A DNA stretch of 64,000 bases from Octopus vulgaris (lineage: Eukaryota). The DNA lies in NCBI GenBank assembly GCA_951406725.2, contig OX597825.1:69192001-69256000 (forward strand), read 5' to 3'. The position numbers and the translations under genes were made by a program. Shown one piece after another: positions 57,238 through 64,000 of the stretch. Numbering within the stretch: the first letter of the stretch is position 1; the number at the start of each line of letters is the position of its first letter. The notes beneath the pieces are model-generated. The model was given only the letters and a program-made list of their open reading frames with translations. It ran no database searches and was not told where the DNA came from.

Positions 57238-57402
57238 GGCGCAGGAGTGGCTGTGTGGTAAGTAGCTTGTTTACGAACCACATGGTTCCGGGTTCGGTCC
57301 CACTGCGTGGCACTTTGGGCAAGTGTCTTCTACTATAGCCTCGGGCCAACCAAAGCCTTGTGAGTGGATTTGGTAGACGGAAACTGAAAGAAGCCCGTCG
57401 TA

Positions 57403-57459
<57 letters not shown>

Positions 57460-57657
57460 GTGTGTGTGTGTTTGTCCCCCTAGCATTGCTTGACAACCGA
57501 TGCTGGTGTGCTTATGTCCCCGTTATCGATAGTACTGGGCTTATAAAAGAATAAACCCCGGGGTCGAGTTGCTCGATTAAAGGCGGTGCTCCAGCACGGC
57601 CGCAGTCAAATGAATGAAACAAGTAAAAGAGTAAAAGAGTAAAAGAGTAAAGAGTAA
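57238..57657 (+). mobile_element. SINE family A
   Basis: Near full-length copy with small deletion. Confidence 0.9.
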
Positions 57658-58028
57658 ACTAGTATGTGGTGAAGCCCTCCTTGCCTGATATTTATCCGCT
57701 TTTTTGTTTCGTGGTAGAGTTCTACCGAGCGAGTTTATTTTTAATCAAAGATTGATAAAATAAATGGCAGGATACTGTTTTATCTTTTATTTCTCTCCTA
57801 TTTCAATCATTGGACTGCGGCCATGCAAGAGCATCAACTTGTGGGGTTTACTTGAGCAAATAGATCTCAGTTCTTGTTTTTTTTAAAATTTAGTACTTAT
57901 TCTAGTGGTATCTTCTGCCGATCGGCAAAGTCACTCGTACGTAAACAAACTAGTATCGGTTTTCAAGTGTTAGAGTATGGCAAACACAAATATATATACA
58001 CACACACTCTTAGATACACACTACCGCA

Positions 58029-58081
<53 letters not shown>

Positions 58082-59027
58082 ACACACACACACACAGACA
58101 ACAGGTTTCTATACAGATTCCGTCCAAAAAAATCCACTTACAAAGAATTTAGTTGGTTCGAGGCTAGAATATAGGACAGACACCCAATGTACTGCGCAGT
58201 GGGATTGAACCTGAAGCGACTTGCTTACAAAATGAACTTCCTTACCACATAGCATTGTCTACGTCTATAACCACATCACTCAGGTATTTTTTTTTGTTAC
58301 TAGAAACGATACCTCGCACAGTTGATGCGCAATAAGTTTTACACCTTGTCTATCAACGACTCAATCTCTCCCAGAATATATATCACCCACAGCACTCGAC
58401 TCCTGGGTCTAAATTTGATAAGTTACACCGTAAACACACCATCTGTTATTGTATTCAATTTGTTTCCAAGATCTTTCTACGATATTCATATATTTTCTCT
58501 CTCTTTAGCTACATCTAATTCTAACAAAAGAATCCTTCGTTCTTTTATCTTGCTACATGTCAAAAGACATTAACTTTTCATTTACTTTTTGTCGTAATAC
58601 ACCTGAAGAAATCGCAAGTATTTCTGTTAATCGCTTGTGTTTCTCAACTGCTTCCTGTTTTTCTTTTATTTTTTATTTTTTTCTACACCAGGCTATATTT
58701 ACACAATTTGCAATTCGAGTTATCACGAATTTATATGACAGGTTGTTAAAGTTACCATGTATAGTGATTACGTATATACTTTACGAGAAATGCTAGTTCC
58801 TGGCAGGGTAACAAGTTGCAGATGTTAAGCTTCAGTCTTAAAACGAGAAGAAGAAAAGTAGGAAGAAAGGTATATATGTTGCGTAGTTAAGAGGTTGGCT
58901 TCCTCAAGTATTTGTTTCCTGATTCAATTCCAATACTTTTTAATCTTTTACATGCTTCATCATTGGGCTGTTGCCATGCTGGTGCACCACAATCCATGCG
59001 TTTTAATCGAACACAAGAAATTAAAAG

Positions 59028-59060
<33 letters not shown>

Positions 59061-59106
59061 CTCTCTCTCTCACACACACACGTGCTTTCATAGCATTTTC
59101 CCAATG

Positions 59107-59163
59107 GCCGGATAACTGAAGAGATGGCGGCGTGGTTTTCCACCTCGGCATCCGAAACTCGGA
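59107..59163 (+). ncRNA. Hammerhead of the 26865 family, 3' side deleted
   Basis: GCCGGATAA CTGAAGA GATGGCGGCGTGGTTTTCCACCTCGGCATC C GAAACTC; 59085-59176 matches the reverse complement of about 26832-26955 with an internal deletion. Confidence 0.65.
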
Positions 59164-59242
59164 TATTACATTTACAGATAAATTCCTCTACTTACATAAT
59201 ATCGAGGTCTCTTTCTTTCTTTTGTTGTCTTACCATTTTTAT

Positions 59243-59301
<59 letters not shown>

Positions 59302-59330
59302 ATAAGTGTAGGTCGTATACGAGTGGGCAA

Positions 59331-59804
59331 ATATTTATAAAAAAGAAGTTTGAAAACGCCACTATATAAGATAAATTTTAATTTTCTTAGAAATTTTACA
59401 TGTTTCGGTTCTTCTTGAAAAAACGAACCTTATCAAAAATATTTTAAAAAGTTAAGTGTGATAAAAAAGTTCATAATTGTTTCTTACTGGTCACAACAGA
59501 ATCCACGTGGTGGTCTTTTTGTGGGGAGTAAGCATAATAGCTGTCTTATGTGTTCGAATAAAATTACCTTAGTTTTATTCGAACACATAAGACAGCTATT
59601 ATGCTTACTCACCACAAAAAACCACCACGTGGATTCTGTTGAGACCAGTAAGAAACAATTATGAACTTTTTTATTACACTTAACTTTTTAAAATATTTTT
59701 GATAAGGTTCAAATTTTCAAGAAGAACCGAAACATGTAAAATTTCTAAGAAAATTAAAATTTATCTTATATAGTGGCGTTTTCAAACTTCTTTTTTATAA
59801 ATAT
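59331..59804. mobile_element. ~235 bp-arm palindrome carrying two U3-A8 hammerheads (59393-59440 -, 59695-59742 +)
   Basis: Arms 59331-59563 / 59573-59804 with 9-nt spacer. Plus: ATTT TTGATAA GGTTC..GAACC GAAA CATG TA AAAT. (TA)n lies nearby on both sides. Confidence 0.85.
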
Positions 59805-60883
59805 ATATATACATATATATATATATATATTTTTATAAATATATATATATATATATATGCATATGCATAATGCACTCACATAAATATTGAACAATGCAAT
59901 ATGATAATCCTATTATAGTCGATTTACAAACCGATTACTCGGATGAGAAATTGGGTCTGGGGAATACAAAACAATCTTTTTACACATCAGAGAAGCTACC
60001 CTGCATTCTTTTCCTATCATTCCCTCTGATGTATGCCGAGATTTTTCCCCCAAACCTCTCGTGTTCGTAATCGATTGGTAAACCAGCTGTAAGAGAACTA
60101 CAGTTATTTTATATAATTGATACTACCCCATCCATTGTAAAATATGCGAATGCTTTGATTGCATCCTTCAGCAACTATATATGTGTGTGTGTGAGTGTCA
60201 GAGTGTGTGTGTGTATGTGCGCGCTCGTGTTTCTTTGACTCTGCCCTTGCGCTGTTAAGCGGTCATTGTTGTTTAGCTCACGTCACGTTAACTTTGCGGT
60301 TCGACAAAATAATCCGATAAGGTGGTACTCAATCATTCTAACCATAGAAAGAAATGAAAGAATATGCGAAAATCCAGGATAGTAAGAATACTTTTAATGA
60401 AAAGTTGAGCAAAGTCGAGGCTAAATATCAACACGAGCAACGCATAAAATATTTTGACAGTTAGAGAGAGAAAGCAATCAGATGTTAAGCTTGTATTTTC
60501 TTTTAAAAATAGACACTTTCTGAAAATAACCAGCTTTAAGTTATTTAGCATAGTAATAACAAAAATACATATACAGACATCTTTTGTTTTTCATCCGTCT
60601 GAACCTAACTGAAAGATAAGAAGACAGTAAAATGAAAATAAACATGAGGAAGAAGTGAAACAAAGATGTCTTTTTAAGAATGTTGTTTGATATTCTTGTA
60701 CATTATTTAAATATTTATGACGTTATCGTATTTATAGAATCGAAGGTACGGTCGCATTTTCTGCTACTGTTTGCAGAAACCAGCGAAAGTCGTTAATATG
60801 TTAGATAGAAAGTCATGTCCTATTCGTTCTGTCCACGTCCAAATTAACTTTTAAATTACACAAAGACACAAACACCACACACG

Positions 60884-60930
<47 letters not shown>

Positions 60931-61911
60931 GTTTCCGTCAAGCAAATCAGCTCACAAGACTTTGGGCAGCCTGGGGTTATAGTGGAAGACATTTGGCCAA
61001 GGTGGAATGCAGCGGAGCTCATCCTTGAACTAGAAGCAAACTCCTTACCTCTTACCTAAGAAGTGGGACTATGCATGTATATATATTCATTTTTTCATTT
61101 TCTTTCTGATCATGTATATATATAATAACAATTTAACAAATAAAACATATGCATACATACATACATATATGTACATACCTACATCTATATGTATATATAC
61201 ATGCATATGTGTATATATATGAGTACAGGACACCACAAATAAACGTAGGACACAACGAGAAACGAAAACATAACAAACAAGGAAACGAACTTTTTGTAAC
61301 AACGAAAAAACAGAGTACAAGACAAACAATTCAAGGAATATTCCCCTTCATCGGCTGCCCCTGGTTCGACTCAATGCGTGTTTCGAAGGTAAAGGTAGAA
61401 CACAATCCGGCCGAAGCTATCCTTCCTGCAAAATGAATTAAATAAAATTCTTTTGCAGGGGGGTAAAAAAAGAAAAAAAGTAAAAAGGGACAAGAAGAGG
61501 ACGTAAAAGCAATACAAATAAAAATACAGTACACATAAAGAATAAATACAGGACAAGGAAACCAACATTAAGGGCTTTTTTTAAACCCAGACAGTGGAAA
61601 AATTTGTTGGAACGCAATTCAGAAGATCGACTTGCTAGAGACAGAAGTCGATAGGGTATTATTAGAGAGAGAATATATATATATATGTATAAATATATAT
61701 ATATATTCTCTCTCTTTCATAATACCCTCAGATTTAGTGTTACTTAACTCATGTGGTTTTGTTTACTTCTGAAGTTGCTGAAGAAAATCATGGAGAAAAC
61801 TGCTTTTGGGTATTATATGCAAGCCTGCATGTTCTTTCAATCAATTCTAAAAATATTCATTCCATCACCTAAATTCAAGATGAAAAATTTTGCAATAATT
61901 TTATACACACA

Positions 61912-61965
<54 letters not shown>

Positions 61966-62095
61966 CATCATGCTTCAATCATTGATCGGCGGACTTGTTG
62001 AGGCACTTCTAGATTACGGTGGCGTAGACAAACGTTCATTGACAAACGCAAAGACTCACAGACACCACTCTCACACACACATACACACACACAAA

Positions 62096-62150
<55 letters not shown>

Positions 62151-62409
62151 GGAGAGATATGTATATATATTATATGCCTGGCTTCCCCATAGTTCCGTGT
62201 CACTCGTAACGCCGGGTTCGAGCGTTCACTGATATTCTCTTGAACCTGGATCTACGGGTTTGCGATACGAAGTTCGAAGCCACACACTCATGACAACACC
62301 TAATGTACAATTTTTCTGCGGTGAAGTTCACTTATGGATATTGAGAAATATTTTGGGTTTTATTAAGTATGTTCTAGAATCGATCTCTGCGACCGCCATC
62401 ATTTGGAGT

Positions 62410-62782
<373 letters not shown>

Positions 62783-63045
62783 CGAGAATACATTACAAAC
62801 AATGAATGAAGTAAACACGAAATGAAAAAAATCTTATAAATAAAAGCTCGTTGAAAACTATGTTGTACCGAATATTCAAATTTGTGAACTATAAATTTTC
62901 AATAGTAAAAAGTTCAGAATATAAATTTTCCTGAAATCTTCAATTTATGAAAAATGTCGCTTTCGTTTTAAAGTGAAAGATAGGAGTAAGTGAAAGATGT
63001 ATGTACGTGTATATGAAATAAAGTTATGTGTAAGTGTGTGTGTGA

Positions 63046-63088
<43 letters not shown>

Positions 63089-64000
63089 CGAGAGCGAGAG
63101 AGTGCGTGAAGGGGAGTGTCGTCATATATACATACATACATGAATAAATATGCATAAATTTGTTTTGTATGTATGTCCGCGCGTGCGTTAGTGTGTGTGA
63201 GTGTGAGAGTTAGAGTGCCACTTAGACATTATTCTATCTTAGTCTCACACACATACAGAAAAGATGTATGCATATGTATTTATGTATATACGTGTACACA
63301 CACAGACACATACACATACATAAATGTATACAAACGTACATACAAAACCACACGCGTGCGTGTGTGACTGACTAGAAATACATAGAACTGAACACGAAGC
63401 GCAAAAAGTAAACAAATAGAAAAAGATTACAGAAATTAACTAAGTGTGCGAGCTCAAGCGAAAGAATGTCAAACTATCTTCTACCGAATATTTAAATTTG
63501 TGAACTTGAAATATTCAATAAGAAAATGAAATTCAGAAAGTAAATTTTCTTTAAAACTTTAATTTATAAAATATCTCACGGGCTTAGGAAATATTTTCCA
63601 GTAATTTATCGTAGTTGTAATATATCTGCAATTTAAAGAAACTTCAAGGTAACCCTAGCACGTTTAAATTGTTAGAAATAGCAGACATCACGTAGTTATC
63701 TTAAGGCTTATAGCGTTCCAAACAGCCATACCAATAAAATGACTCGTTAATTTTTAAAAAAAATTATACCGGTATATTATATCATGGTCATACAGTCATA
63801 CACCTGTTTTGTCTAATCGCATTCAATCATTCCTTAAATAAACAATTTTGTTTTACATTACGTGCATAGAATAAACTGTCGGTTTTGCAAATAGTGAATT
63901 AAATCTTGAAATAAAAAACATTGAATTTAGTATCTATTAAATTATCATTACTGAAAGTAGAAGCGAAAAGGAGTGAGAGAATTTAGCATATGAAAACAGA

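Noticed and set aside
61321-61440. Minus-strand CCGATGAAGGGG and CTTCGAAACACG..GAGTC motifs in a repeat-like segment
   Set aside because: Could not build a consistent type I or type II fold (stem I fails, U4 changed); left uncalled though possibly a decayed relative

Overview
AT-rich animal genomic DNA, very dense in microsatellites and SINEs. The repeat families suggest octopus/cephalopod, but this is inference. The only host coding sequence I recognise is the first coding exon (11081-11552, +) of a class C GPCR. It resembles the mGluR-related orphan receptor mXR/mangetout, because the glutamate-binding Arg of GIQRLE is Ala here. An intron follows that apparently runs past the window end (>52 kb). 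Almost all other ORFs in the track are microsatellite or SINE artefacts. The main unexplained structure is about 16 minimal type I hammerhead ribozyme (HHR) motifs from about 8 unrelated short repeat families. Many sit in fold-back (inverted-repeat) insertions and/or in (TA)n tracts. Their cores use three different 3-8 base pairs (C-G, U-A, G-C), one family has an A6U core, and one family carries a tRNA-derived SINE head. Decayed Penelope-like element (PLE) RT and GIY-YIG coding relics lie in the same window, pointing to a PLE-driven family of ribozyme-bearing non-autonomous retroelements. All folds and alignments were done by eye; repeat boundaries are approximate.
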